A stretch of 64,000 bases of DNA, taken from Candidatus Eiseniibacteriota bacterium (GTDB lineage: Bacteria; Eisenbacteria; RBG-16-71-46; CAZAMP01). The notes under the pieces are model-generated. The model was not told where the DNA came from and made no database searches. It saw only the letters and a list, made by a program, of their open reading frames with translations. Every line of letters begins with the position of its first letter. Position 1 is the stretch's first letter. Location of the stretch: contig OZ245046.1 of NCBI GenBank assembly GCA_965224245.1, positions 4,000,001 through 4,064,000 of the forward strand, given 5' to 3'. Below are positions 10,468 to 20,091 of the stretch, in pieces. The position numbers and the translations under genes are program-made.

Positions 10468-11637
10468 ATGGCGGGCGGAATGGCCTCGATTGCCGGTGCG
10501 GCTCCGGCGCTCGCCAGAGCGCTGACGCCCATCGGACGCCACCGGACCGGTCCCGTCCTCGTGTGGCTCGGGGTCCTCGTGCTGCTCGCGGTGCAAGCGT
10601 TCTGGGCACCCCTGACCGACGACGCCACGGTCGATTCCCACTCGTACTACTTCGGCGCGCGCGCGCTGGCCGACGGCGCCAACCCCTACGACACGGCCGT
10701 CCTCCAGGAGCTGGCACCCGATCGCCTCGGGTTCGTCTTTCCGTACGTGTACCCGCCCGTGCTCGCCCTCGCGTGGCGCCCGCTGCTGGCGCTGACGCCC
10801 GAGGACGCGCATCGCGTCGCCATCGCAGTCGGGCTCGTGTTGACGACGCTGAACGCGAGCCTCCTGTGGTCGCTGGTCCGCCCGCGGACCGATGCCGCCG
10901 GGTGGCTCGTGCTCTTTCTCGGCGCGCACACGGTGATGGGTCCCCTGGTGAGCTCGCTGCGGCTGGGTCAGGTGAACGTCGCGCTGGCGACCCTCGTCCT
11001 CGGGGCTCTGCACCTCGAGCGGCGTGATCGGCCGGCGCTGGCCGGGCTCCTCCTCGCGGGCGCGATCCTGGTCAAGCTGACCCCGGCGGTCTTCCTGGTC
11101 GACCTCCTGCTCCGGGGCCGATGGCGAACGATCGGGTTCACGGCGGTCGGCGGCACCGCCATCGTCGGGATCTCGATCATGCTCGTCGGCACCGATCCGT
11201 GGGCCTGGTTCGTGGAGCGCGCGCGCCAGCCGCTGCCGTTCAATCCGCCGATCTCGATCCGGGGATGGGTCGACGCGCTCGGGCTGGCCTTCGGCTGGGA
11301 CAATGCGGCCAAGCTGGTCGCGTTCCTGACGATCTTCACCGCCGCCCTGGTCCTCGTCGTACGCCGGCTGCTGGCGTTCACCACGGCCGGCGACACGGCC
11401 GCCAGCTGGGCCGTGCTCGTCTGGTTCGGACTCCTCGCGTTTCCCCTCACCTGGCACCACCACTACTACCTGGCGATCCTGCCGTTCGCGCTCTTCATGC
11501 TCCGGGCGTTCGACGCGGGCCACAGATGGCGGGCGGTGGCGTGGGTCGTGCTGGCCGCGATGGCCCTGGCGCGGTACCCGGGGGCGCTCCATCCGCTGAA
11601 GCCGATCGCCTCCCTGGTGGGGCTCGTGCTGGTCTAG
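10468..11637 (+). CDS. Glycosyltransferase family 87 (DUF2029, GT-C fold) membrane protein
   Basis: Polytopic protein with D..YY..A..L..G.NPY, PYVYPP, LGQVN, LVKLTP and PLTWHHYY motifs. Confidence 0.85.
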   Translation: MAGGMASIAGAAPALARALTPIGRHRTGPVLVWLGVLVLLAVQAFWAPLTDDATVDSHSYYFGARALADGANPYDTAVLQELAPDRLGFVFPYVYPPVLALAWRPLLALTPEDAHRVAIAVGLVLTTLNASLLWSLVRPRTDAAGWLVLFLGAHTVMGPLVSSLRLGQVNVALATLVLGALHLERRDRPALAGLLLAGAILVKLTPAVFLVDLLLRGRWRTIGFTAVGGTAIVGISIMLVGTDPWAWFVERARQPLPFNPPISIRGWVDALGLAFGWDNAAKLVAFLTIFTAALVLVVRRLLAFTTAGDTAASWAVLVWFGLLAFPLTWHHHYYLAILPFALFMLRAFDAGHRWRAVAWVVLAAMALARYPGALHPLKPIASLVGLVLV

Positions 11638-11752
11638 CGCCACGCATTTCGCACGTCGTCTCGCATCCTGCCCGGTCGACCTCGGCCGACTGGCCAGGCT
11701 GGTGTCGATTGAACGTCATACCGATGAAGGAGTTAGCGGCCCCAGGCCTTCG

Positions 11753-11768
11753 GGGCACGGCTCTTGTA
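11753..11768 (+). promoter_or_regulatory. Putative sigma54 (-24/-12) promoter for the pilin gene
   Basis: GGCAC-N5-TTGT at 11754-11767: correct spacing, with GT in place of GC at -12. IHF-like box at 11726-11735. Confidence 0.55.
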
Positions 11769-11813
11769 TGTTGCTTCGCGGGAGACGAACTCCATGCCCA
11801 GGAGGAACGCGCC

Positions 11814-12239
11814 ATGGTCCGGAACGCCCGCGGCTTCTCACTGATCGAGCTGATGATCGTGGTCTCGATCATCGGAGTGCTCGCGGCGATCGCCATACCG
11901 AACTACGTGAGCATGCAGGATCGTGCTCGCGAGGGCGCCGTCCGCGCGGTCGCGCATGCCGTACACATGGCCACCGAGGACTACTCGATCACCCACGACG
12001 CCGTGCTGCCCGCCGACAACACGGTCTTCGACGCCTCGATGTTCCCCGGCGGCGTGTGGCCGGAGAACCCGTACACTGGGGCGGCCGTCAGCATCAACGT
12101 CCAGGGCGCCTACTCGCAGGGCGACGTGGGCTACGGGCTCGATGCGGCGACTCGCATCTACACGATCGAGGGCTACGGCACCGACGCCACCAGCGGCCCT
12201 GCCGGTGACGGCGTCGTGATCGTACTGACGAACGGGTAG
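11814..12239 (+). CDS. Type IV pilin-like protein (class III signal peptide)
   Basis: MVRNARG|FSLIELMIVVSIIGVLAAIAIPNY N-methylation motif with Glu5; AGGAGG RBS. Confidence 0.92.
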   Translation: MVRNARGFSLIELMIVVSIIGVLAAIAIPNYVSMQDRAREGAVRAVAHAVHMATEDYSITHDAVLPADNTVFDASMFPGGVWPENPYTGAAVSINVQGAYSQGDVGYGLDAATRIYTIEGYGTDATSGPAGDGVVIVLTNG

Positions 12240-12313
12240 CCATCGACCGAGCGGCGCGAGCGTGCATCGCGCCACGTGCGTTCGCCGGACGCTCCCGCAC
12301 GACTCCCGGCGCG

Positions 12314-13684
12314 TCAGCCCAGCGAACGCCGGAGCGCGTGGACGAGACCGTCCACGTCCGCCACCTCGGCCATCAGATCGCACGCCGGCGCGTACGCCGA
12401 CACGACCGAGTCCCCCGTGTTCCACTCACCGACGGGCTCCGGGTTGAGCCACACGACGGCCCGCGCACGCTCGGCGAGGCGCTCGAGCGTCCACGCCGCG
12501 GGATCCACGCGGTTGTTCCGGGCATCGCCGAGCACCAGCACGATCGTGTCGTGTCCCAGCTCGCGCGCCTCGGCCTCGCAGACCCCGAACAGAGCCCGCG
12601 CATAGTCGCTGGGCGCCAGCAGGTTGAGATCCCCGTGCCGGTCGAGGAGCACCTCCAGCCGGTCGGGTCGCCCGGCCAGCGAACGAGCGGCGAGCACGTC
12701 CCCGGTCACGTCCACCGCGCGGTCCACGAACGCGTAGATCCTCGATCCGGAGAACTCCCGGGCCAGACGCGACACGAGCGTCAGGAACGCACTGGCGGCC
12801 CGCACCATCGAGTACGACACGTCGACCAGCACCAGGAGCCGCGGCGGTCGCCGACCCGGACGCCGGTAGACGAGCCGGAACGGCACGCCCCCCGACGCGA
12901 CATTTTGCCGGAGGAGCCGCTGCACCCAGAGGGCTCCGCGACGAGACCGTGCCCGGCGACGGTGCCGCCTCAGCCGGAGGCTCGACAGCGCGCGCACGAG
13001 CGCCTCCTCCAGCGCATGGGCCTCCTCGGCCGACCAGCGCTCCCGGAACGCCTTGCGAGCCACTCCGACCGGCGAAGGTCGCGGCGGGCCGAGGGGCGAA
13101 GGGGCGGCCCCGCGGACCCCGGATCGGCGATCGGCTTCGTCGCCCCGGCGGTGAGGCGCCTGGATCACGACCGTACGCTGGACCCGTTCGGGGCGAGCGG
13201 CCAGCGGTGCCTCGCGCCGCGCGCCCGCCGGCGCGGGTCGATCCGGATCGCGCCGCGGCGGGTCGCGCCGATCGGCGCCCCGGCGAGCCGAAAGGGGACG
13301 AGTGGGCGATCGGCGAGACGTCTCCCGTGGCGGCGCGCCCCGTGCTCGGCCGTGCCGGACGAGCCCCGCCGCCGCGGATCCGACGGTGGGTACCGGCGGC
13401 GACGCTCCGCCGCCGCCGGCCTCCCGACGGCGCCTCGCCCGCCGCCGGCGTCGCGGCGAGGACGTCCATCGGGGCGCGGTGAAGAACCGGCCGAACGCCG
13501 CGTCCACCCGCGCCTGGTCCGCGCGCGTCTTGGCCAGGGTGATGCGGAGCGCGGCCCGAAGCGCGCCGGCGTCGTCCATCCCGACCAGGGCGATCGCATC
13601 CGCGGCGTCCAGGAGCTCGCCCGGAGAGACCACGACGCCCTCCGCCCGGAGCACCTCGGCGAAACGGCTCAGGGCACGCTTCAT
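12314..13684 (-). CDS. CoxE-like VWA domain protein
   Basis: N-terminal F...LRAEGVVVS..E..DA; MIDAS-like DVSYSM, SDY, LGDARNN, WLNPEP. Lies directly downstream of a MoxR ATPase. Confidence 0.85.
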   Translation of the reverse strand: MKRALSRFAEVLRAEGVVVSPGELLDAADAIALVGMDDAGALRAALRITLAKTRADQARVDAAFGRFFTAPRWTSSPRRRRRARRRREAGGGGASPPVPTVGSAAAGLVRHGRARGAPPRETSRRSPTRPLSARRGADRRDPPRRDPDRPAPAGARREAPLAARPERVQRTVVIQAPHRRGDEADRRSGVRGAAPSPLGPPRPSPVGVARKAFRERWSAEEAHALEEALVRALSSLRLRRHRRRARSRRGALWVQRLLRQNVASGGVPFRLVYRRPGRRPPRLLVLVDVSYSMVRAASAFLTLVSRLAREFSGSRIYAFVDRAVDVTGDVLAARSLAGRPDRLEVLLDRHGDLNLLAPSDYARALFGVCEAEARELGHDTIVLVLGDARNNRVDPAAWTLERLAERARAVVWLNPEPVGEWNTGDSVVSAYAPACDLMAEVADVDGLVHALRRSLG

Positions 13685-13738
13685 GGGATCGCTCCCTCCG
13701 AGAATCCCGCGGCACGGGTCATCGGCGGCGCCGCGGTG

Positions 13739-14653
13739 TCACCGGACGGGGCGACGCGACGACAGCTCGGCCAGGATGACATCCCGGTCGTCGCGGTTCT
13801 TGATCAGGGCGCCGAGCGTCGTCTCGACCTCGAGGCGGGTGAGATCCTCGGCGCCGACGGCCAGGAGCGCCATCGCCCAGTCGATGCTCTCGGCGATGCC
13901 GGGGGCGCGCCGGAGATCGGACTTGCGGACACGGGCGACGAAGGCGGCCAGCCGCTCCCGGAACACCGCGTCCAGCTCGGGCACGCGCGCGGCCAGGATC
14001 GCGACCTCTTCGTCGACGGTCGGATAGTCCATGTGAAGGTAGAGACATCGCCGGCGCAGCGCGTCGGCCAGGTCGCGGGTGTCGTTCGACGTCAGAACCA
14101 CGCGCGGCCGGTGCCGTGCCGTGATCGTGCCCAGCTCGGGGATCGTCACCTGGAACTCCGAGAGGATCTCCAGGAGGAACGCCTCGAACTCCTCGTCGCT
14201 CCGGTCGATCTCGTCGATCAGGAGGACCACCGGCGACGGCGATCGCAGCGCCTCGACCAGCGGACGCGGCAACAGGAACGCATCGGAGAAGAACGCATCC
14301 GCGTGACGATGCAGCCGGTCCATCGCCTCGGCCAGCGTGGCCGTCTCGCCGATGACGTCGTCGATCTTCGCGCGCAGGAGCTGCGAGTACAGCACCTGCT
14401 TGCCGTACGACCACTCGTAGAGCGCGCGTGCCTCGTCCAGCCCCTCGTAGCACTGGAGACGGATCAGACGGCACTGATGGATCTCCGCCCACAGGCGCGC
14501 GAGGTCGGTCTTCCCGACCCCGGGAGGGCCCTCGACGAGGATCGGCTTGCCGAGCGCGTCGGCCAGCTGGAGCGTGCGCGCAGCGGCCTCGCCGAGGACG
14601 TAGCCCTCCTCGGCGAATCGGTCGATCAGCCGTTTCGGGGACTCGAGCGTCAC
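13739..14653 (-). CDS. MoxR-family AAA+ ATPase (CoxD-like)
   Basis: Walker A GPPGVGKT, LQCYEGLD, Walker B LIDEIDR, TSNDTRDLADALRRRC. Confidence 0.93.
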   Translation of the reverse strand: MTLESPKRLIDRFAEEGYVLGEAAARTLQLADALGKPILVEGPPGVGKTDLARLWAEIHQCRLIRLQCYEGLDEARALYEWSYGKQVLYSQLLRAKIDDVIGETATLAEAMDRLHRHADAFFSDAFLLPRPLVEALRSPSPVVLLIDEIDRSDEEFEAFLLEILSEFQVTIPELGTITARHRPRVVLTSNDTRDLADALRRRCLYLHMDYPTVDEEVAILAARVPELDAVFRERLAAFVARVRKSDLRRAPGIAESIDWAMALLAVGAEDLTRLEVETTLGALIKNRDDRDVILAELSSRRPVR

Positions 14654-14656
14654 CGG

Positions 14657-15421
14657 CTACGCGCCCGCACGCTCGTCCCGGCGCATGAAGGGCTTGATCA
14701 GATCCACCGGAATCGGCAGCAGCACCGTGGAGTTGTTCTCGGTTGCGACCTCGGCCACGGTCTGAAGGAACCGCAGCTGGATGGCCGTGGGCTCCTTGCC
14801 GATCACGGCCGCCGCCTCGGCCAGCCGGGCCGACGCCTGGAACTCGCCCTCGGCGTTGATGACCTTCGCCCGCCGCTCGCGCTCGGCCTCGGCCTGTCGC
14901 GCCATCGCGCGCTGCATCTCGGTGGGCAGGTCCACGTGCTTCACCTCGACGGTGCTGATCTTGATGCCCCACGGATCGGTGTGCTTGTCGAGAATCTCCT
15001 GGAGCCGTTCGTTGATCTGCTCGCGCTCGGAGAGGAGATCGTCCAGCTCGACCTCGCCGAGCACGCTCCTGAGCGTGGTCTGCGCGAGCTGCGACGTCGC
15101 GAACAGGAAGTCCTCGACCTCGAGAATGGCCCTGTTCGGGTCCATCACGCGGAAGTAGATCACCGCGTTGACCTTCACCGACACGTTGTCGCGCGTGATG
15201 ATGTCCTGTGGCGGCACGTCCATCGCCACGGTCCGGAGGCTCACCTTGACCATGCGGTCGATGAGCGGAAACAGGATGATCAGTCCCGGCCCCTTGACCC
15301 CGATGACCCGCCCCAGTCGAAACACGACGCCGCGCTCGTACTCGCGCAGCACCTTCAGCATCGAAGACAGAAGGCTCAGTCCGATGATCACCAGTGTGCC
15401 CACGAATACCAGCTGTGGCAT
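14657..15421 (-). CDS. SPFH/band 7 stomatin-like (slipin) protein
   Basis: [58 protein letters not shown]. Confidence 0.95.
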   Translation of the reverse strand: MPQLVFVGTLVIIGLSLLSSMLKVLREYERGVVFRLGRVIGVKGPGLIILFPLIDRMVKVSLRTVAMDVPPQDIITRDNVSVKVNAVIYFRVMDPNRAILEVEDFLFATSQLAQTTLRSVLGEVELDDLLSEREQINERLQEILDKHTDPWGIKISTVEVKHVDLPTEMQRAMARQAEAERERRAKVINAEGEFQASARLAEAAAVIGKEPTAIQLRFLQTVAEVATENNSTVLLPIPVDLIKPFMRRDERAGA

Positions 15422-15461
15422 GGGGTCCTCCTAAACCACGACCCACGTCGTGTGATGGTCC

Positions 15462-16781
15462 TTACGGCTCGGGCAGGGCGCGCTCGACGACCGTCACCTC
15501 GAGGGTCATGCCGCTCACGCGAACGACGCGAACGGTGTCTCCCTGGCGCACGTCGTCCTCGCTCGTCGCATTCCAGATCTCACCGTGAATGAAGACCTTG
15601 CCGCGCGGGTCGAGATCTGTCTGCGCCGATCCGGTCTCGCCGACGAGGCCTTGCTGGCCGGTACGCGCCCGTCCCCGCTGTGCCCGGAGCGCGGCGGTGA
15701 CGGCGACCGAGAAGAACGCGGCCGTCACGAGCGCGGCCGGCAAGATGATCCACAGCGAGATCTGGAACAACGGGCCCGCCTTGTCGAGCAGCATGATCGA
15801 CCCGAACACGAGCGACGTGATCCCGCCCAGCGTGAGCAATCCGAAGCTCGGCACCTGAGTCTCGGCGATGAACATCACGATCGCCAACAGAATCAGCGCG
15901 AACCCCGCGTAGTTGATCGGCAGCGTGTGAAGCGAGTACAGCGCGAGGATGATACAGATCGCCCCGGCGATGCCCGGAAAGAGGCTGCCCGGATTCGAGA
16001 GCTCGAAGATAAGGCCGTAGATCCCGATCATGAACAGGATGTAGGCCACGCTCGGATCGGTGACCACGCTCAGGAATCGATCCCGGAAGCTCGGCTGGAT
16101 TCGGATGATCTCGGCACCGTCGGTGGCCAGCGTGGTCGCGACCCCGGCGACCTCTACCTCACGCCCGTCGATCTCGGACAGAACCTCGGCCAGGTCGGTC
16201 TCGACGAGATCCACGACACCCTCGTTCATGGCGTCCTCGGCCACCAGCGACTTGCTCTCGCGCGCCATGCGCGTGACCCAGTCCTCGTTGCGTCCCCGCA
16301 GCCGCGCCACCGACTGGAGCTCCGCGACCCAGTCGTTCATCGCCTTCTCGTTCACGACCGAGTCCTGAATCGAGCCCTGCGCGGTGACCACGTGCGCGGC
16401 GCCGATGTGCGTGCCCTGGGCCATCGCCGCGACGTGGGCCGAGATCGTCACGAGGACCCCGGCGCTGGTCGCGCGCGCGCCCTCGGGCGCCACGTGGACG
16501 ATCACCGGTACCGGCGCGCCGAGGATGGTCTTCGAGATCTCGTGGACCGACTTCAGGAGGCCGCCGGGCGTGTCAAGCTCGATCACCACGGCCTCCGCCC
16601 CGGCCTCGTTCGCGGCGACGATGCCGTCGGCGATCATCCGGGCGGAGACGGGGTTGATGACCCCGTCGATGCGGATGACGTGGACCTCGCCGGCCGAGGC
16701 CAGCCCGCCCACGACCGCGACCGCCAGAGCGAGCAGGGCGCATGCCCGGCGGAAGACACGACGCGTGGCTGCATGGGGCAT
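15462..16781 (-). CDS. nfeD: NfeD-family membrane-bound ClpP-class serine protease (long form)
   Basis: Signal peptide, LDTPGG, ARATSAG, MAQGTHIGAA, TM region, C-terminal OB domain (GKVFIHGEIWNA). Directly upstream of the stomatin gene. Confidence 0.93.
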   Translation of the reverse strand: MPHAATRRVFRRACALLALAVAVVGGLASAGEVHVIRIDGVINPVSARMIADGIVAANEAGAEAVVIELDTPGGLLKSVHEISKTILGAPVPVIVHVAPEGARATSAGVLVTISAHVAAMAQGTHIGAAHVVTAQGSIQDSVVNEKAMNDWVAELQSVARLRGRNEDWVTRMARESKSLVAEDAMNEGVVDLVETDLAEVLSEIDGREVEVAGVATTLATDGAEIIRIQPSFRDRFLSVVTDPSVAYILFMIGIYGLIFELSNPGSLFPGIAGAICIILALYSLHTLPINYAGFALILLAIVMFIAETQVPSFGLLTLGGITSLVFGSIMLLDKAGPLFQISLWIILPAALVTAAFFSVAVTAALRAQRGRARTGQQGLVGETGSAQTDLDPRGKVFIHGEIWNATSEDDVRQGDTVRVVRVSGMTLEVTVVERALPEP

Positions 16782-16912
16782 GGCGCGGCCTCCGAGGTTC
16801 AGGTAGCCCGGCGTCGACCGACAACTGAAGGCGGGGAGTCTCCGCCCGACGCGAGCCTCCGATCATACACGTGCCCAACGCCAAACGACATACCGGGAAC
16901 CGAGGTGGTGGC

Positions 16913-17680
16913 TTGGTCGAGGTCAGGGACCTGGAGAAGGTCTTCGTGGACCGGCGCGGTCGCCGCCTCGCGGCGGTCCGCGGGGTCAGCTTCACGTGCC
17001 GCCCGGGCTCGGTGTTCGGGCTCCTCGGACGCAACGGCGCGGGCAAGACGACCACGCTTCGAATCCTCGCGACCGTCCTCGCGCCCACGAGCGGCACGGC
17101 CATCATCGGCGGCCACGACGTGACCGTCGCGCCGGCCGCGGCCCGGGCGCGGATCGGGTTTCTCACCGGAGACACGCGCCTGTACGACCGTCTGACCGGG
17201 CTGGAGTCGCTGGTGTACTTCGGTCAGCTCCAGGGACTGACGCGCGACGCGCTGGACCGGCGCCTTTCGACGCTGACGCCGCGGTTCGGCCTTCAGGCGC
17301 TCCTGACCCGCCGGATCGGTCAGCTCTCGTCGGGCCAGAAGCAGCGACTCTCGCTCGTGCGGGCGCTGCTCCACGATCCGGAGGTGATCATCCTTGACGA
17401 GCCGACGACGGGGCTCGACATCCTGGCGGCCCGCGACACGGTGCAGCACATTCGATCGCTCCGCGACGAGGGTCGAACGGTGATCTGCTCCACGCACAAC
17501 CTGGCGGAGGTCATGTCGCTGTGTGACGACATCGGCGTGCTCGACGCGGGTCTGCTCCTGGCCGCCGCGCCGAAGACGGCGCTCCTGGACGCGTTCGACG
17601 GCGACCTCGAGCGCGCATTCGTGGACCTCGTCTCCGGTCTCGCAGCGCCCATCGGCGTGTCGGCCGAGCCTGCATCGTGA
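16913..17680 (+). CDS. ABC exporter ATP-binding protein (NatA-like)
   Basis: GRNGAGKTT, LSSGQKQR, ILDEPTTGLD. TTG 16913 follows GAGGTG; the start is uncertain. Confidence 0.9.
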   Translation: MVEVRDLEKVFVDRRGRRLAAVRGVSFTCRPGSVFGLLGRNGAGKTTTLRILATVLAPTSGTAIIGGHDVTVAPAAARARIGFLTGDTRLYDRLTGLESLVYFGQLQGLTRDALDRRLSTLTPRFGLQALLTRRIGQLSSGQKQRLSLVRALLHDPEVIILDEPTTGLDILAARDTVQHIRSLRDEGRTVICSTHNLAEVMSLCDDIGVLDAGLLLAAAPKTALLDAFDGDLERAFVDLVSGLAAPIGVSAEPAS

Positions 17681-18834
17681 ACTCGCTCGTCGTCCGGATC
17701 GTGTGGATCAAGGAGCTCGTCGACGCGGTCCGGGACCCGCGGGCCGTCTTGTACCTGGTGGGGCTTCCGCTGGTGTTCTACCCGGCGCTGCTTCTGGCGC
17801 TCGAGTACGTCGCGGACTCGCTGGTCGGCGAGCCACCGCTGCCTCCATACGTGGTCGCGATCGACGCCGCGTCTCCGGCTCCCGCGCTCTCGGCGGCCAT
17901 CGACGCCGACGCGGCGTTCGTGGTCCGATCCACCACGGACGCCGTGCTCGACGTGATCCGGGGCGACGCGCAACTCTCCATCGAGCCCCTCCCCGGCTTC
18001 GCGGACGCGGCGGCCGAGGGGCGGCCGGCCCGCCTGAACCTGTACTCCGATCGATCCCTGCGCGGGGTGACCGTCATTCGCGAGCGGCTGTCGGCCCGTC
18101 TCGCTGCGTACGAGGCCGACCACCTCGCCGGCAACGGCGACGCGCGTCTGATCGTCGTGGAGACCGGCCTCGGGGAATCCCTCGGCGACCTTCGCTTCAT
18201 GGTCGGGCTCTTCCCGTACTTTCTGCTGGTCCTGATCCTGGTCGGAGCGGCGCACATGGCCATCGACGTCACGGCGGGCGAGAAGGAGCGGCGCACGCTG
18301 GAGACGCTCCTGGTCACGGCGGCCGGGCGCTTCGAGATCCTCCTGGGAAAGGCGCTGGCCACGATGACCGCCTCGGTGGCCGCCGGGCTTCTCGGCATGA
18401 TCGGGTTCCGGCTGGCGATCGCGCTGGCCCGGCCGATGACCGGCGGGCATCCGATGCTGCTGGCCCTGCCGGACCGGGCGTTCTGGGTGCTCGGCCTCGG
18501 AAGCCTGCCCTCGGCGGTGTTCCTGAGCGCGCTCTTGCTGTTGCTCGGCGCGTTCGCCCGCTCCAGCCGCGAGGGACAGACGTACTCGGCGTACCTGCAG
18601 ATGCCCATCCTGCTGCTGGCGCTCGGCTCCACGTGGCTCGGCGTCGACCGATCCCCGCTCATCTACGCGATCCCCCTGCTCGGCGCCAACCTGATGCAGC
18701 GCGAGTTCCTCCTCGGTGAGGGTCAGATCCTCCACGCGGCCATCGCGACCGGGACCACGATCGCGCTGGGGCTCCTGCTGATCGCCCTCTCCGCGTGGCT
18801 CTTCCGCCGGGAGTCGGTCCTGTTCCGTCGCTGA
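17677..18834 (+). CDS. ABC-2 exporter permease (NatB-like)
   Basis: KELVDAVRD N-terminus, AGEKERRTLETLL motif, several TM segments; GTGA overlap with the ATPase gene. Confidence 0.88.
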   Translation: MNSLVVRIVWIKELVDAVRDPRAVLYLVGLPLVFYPALLLALEYVADSLVGEPPLPPYVVAIDAASPAPALSAAIDADAAFVVRSTTDAVLDVIRGDAQLSIEPLPGFADAAAEGRPARLNLYSDRSLRGVTVIRERLSARLAAYEADHLAGNGDARLIVVETGLGESLGDLRFMVGLFPYFLLVLILVGAAHMAIDVTAGEKERRTLETLLVTAAGRFEILLGKALATMTASVAAGLLGMIGFRLAIALARPMTGGHPMLLALPDRAFWVLGLGSLPSAVFLSALLLLLGAFARSSREGQTYSAYLQMPILLLALGSTWLGVDRSPLIYAIPLLGANLMQREFLLGEGQILHAAIATGTTIALGLLLIALSAWLFRRESVLFRR

Positions 18835-18958
18835 GCCGACGGGATGCAGTGCCCGCGCGCCGTCGAGAGAGGTAGCGCGGAGTCGCCGGGCGGCTCTAGA
18901 ATGTCCTCCTGACCGCCCGCGACGTCGAGCCCAGCCCGCGAAACGGGGAGATCCGGAG

Positions 18959-20074
18959 ATTCACGAGACCGACCACGCGCTCGCGCCGGAGAAGGCCATC
19001 CTGATCGGCATGTCGGCGCCCGGCGTCGCGCACGACGATCTGGACGAGCTGGCGTTCCTGGCCCAGACCGCCGGTGCCGACATCAGCGACCGGATCGTCC
19101 AGCGCCGACTCACACCCAGCCCGGCCACGTACGTCGGCAAGGGCAAGCTGGACGAGCTCCGAGACTCGGTGCGGACGCACGACGCGGAGCTCGTCGTGTT
19201 CGACGACGACCTCTCGCCGGCCCAGAACCGCACCGTCGAGAAGCACGTCGGCGTGCGCGTGATCGATCGCAGCACGCTCATCCTCGACATCTTCGCGGCG
19301 CACGCGCGCACGCACGAGTCGAAGCTCCAGGTGGAGCTCGCGCAGCTCGAGTACCTGCTTCCGCGGCTGACGCGAATGTGGACGCACCTCGATCGGGCCG
19401 GCGGCGGAATCGGGACCCGCGGCCCCGGCGAGACGCAGCTGGAGGTGGATCGCCGCCGCATCCGTACGCGTGTCGCCCAGCTCAGGCGCAAGATCGAGGA
19501 CGTCGAGAGCGAGCGCCTGACCCAGCGCCGGGGACGCCGGAACCTGTTCAAGGTGGCGCTGGCCGGCTACACCAACGCCGGGAAATCCACGCTCTTCAAC
19601 GCTCTGACCCGTGCGGACGTGCGGGTCGAGAACAAGCTCTTCGCCACGCTGGACACGACGACCCGCAAGGTTCATCTGGGGGATCGCGCCACTGGGCTGA
19701 TCTCCGACACGGTCGGGTTCATCAAGAAGCTCCCGCACCATCTCGTGGCCTCGTTCCACGCCACGCTACGAGAGGTCGCCGAGGCCGATCTCGTCCTGCA
19801 CGTGGTCGACGCGTCCAGCCCGCGCCTCGAGGATCAGATCGAGACGGTGGGGACGGTCCTCGACGAGCTCGTCGAGCGCACGACCCGCCATCGACTCGTG
19901 CTGAACAAGATCGACTGCCTGGACGACGATGCGTACGCGGCGGCCCGCGCGCGGCATCCCGAAGCGTGGCTCGTCTCGGCGATCACTCCCGGCTCGGTCA
20001 AGGAGCTTCGCGGGCGGCTCGCCGAGGCCAGGGCCGAATGGTCGGTGGACCGCGGCATCTCCACGATCTCCTGA
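18959..20074 (+). CDS. hflX: Ribosome-splitting GTPase HflX (probable ATT start; first ATG at 19010)
   Basis: YVGKGKLDE, GGIGTRGPGETQLEVDRRR, G1 GYTNAGKST, LFATLDTT, DTVGF, NKID. Confidence 0.95.
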   Translation: MHETDHALAPEKAILIGMSAPGVAHDDLDELAFLAQTAGADISDRIVQRRLTPSPATYVGKGKLDELRDSVRTHDAELVVFDDDLSPAQNRTVEKHVGVRVIDRSTLILDIFAAHARTHESKLQVELAQLEYLLPRLTRMWTHLDRAGGGIGTRGPGETQLEVDRRRIRTRVAQLRRKIEDVESERLTQRRGRRNLFKVALAGYTNAGKSTLFNALTRADVRVENKLFATLDTTTRKVHLGDRATGLISDTVGFIKKLPHHLVASFHATLREVAEADLVLHVVDASSPRLEDQIETVGTVLDELVERTTRHRLVLNKIDCLDDDAYAAARARHPEAWLVSAITPGSVKELRGRLAEARAEWSVDRGISTIS

Positions 20075-20091
20075 CGAGGACACGCTCCCCG

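Noticed and set aside
11814-12239. Electrically conductive (e-)pilin
   Set aside because: Aromatic residues occur at only positions 1, 24 and 50 of the usual key sites, and the protein is a long pilin.
12960-13480. Possible frameshift in the Arg-rich middle of the VWA gene
   Set aside because: Both conserved ends are in one open frame, CoxE-like proteins have variable linkers, and no better alternative frame was evident.
12314-14653. Aerobic CO dehydrogenase (cox) locus
   Set aside because: Only CoxD/CoxE-like accessory families are present; there is no coxLMS in the window.
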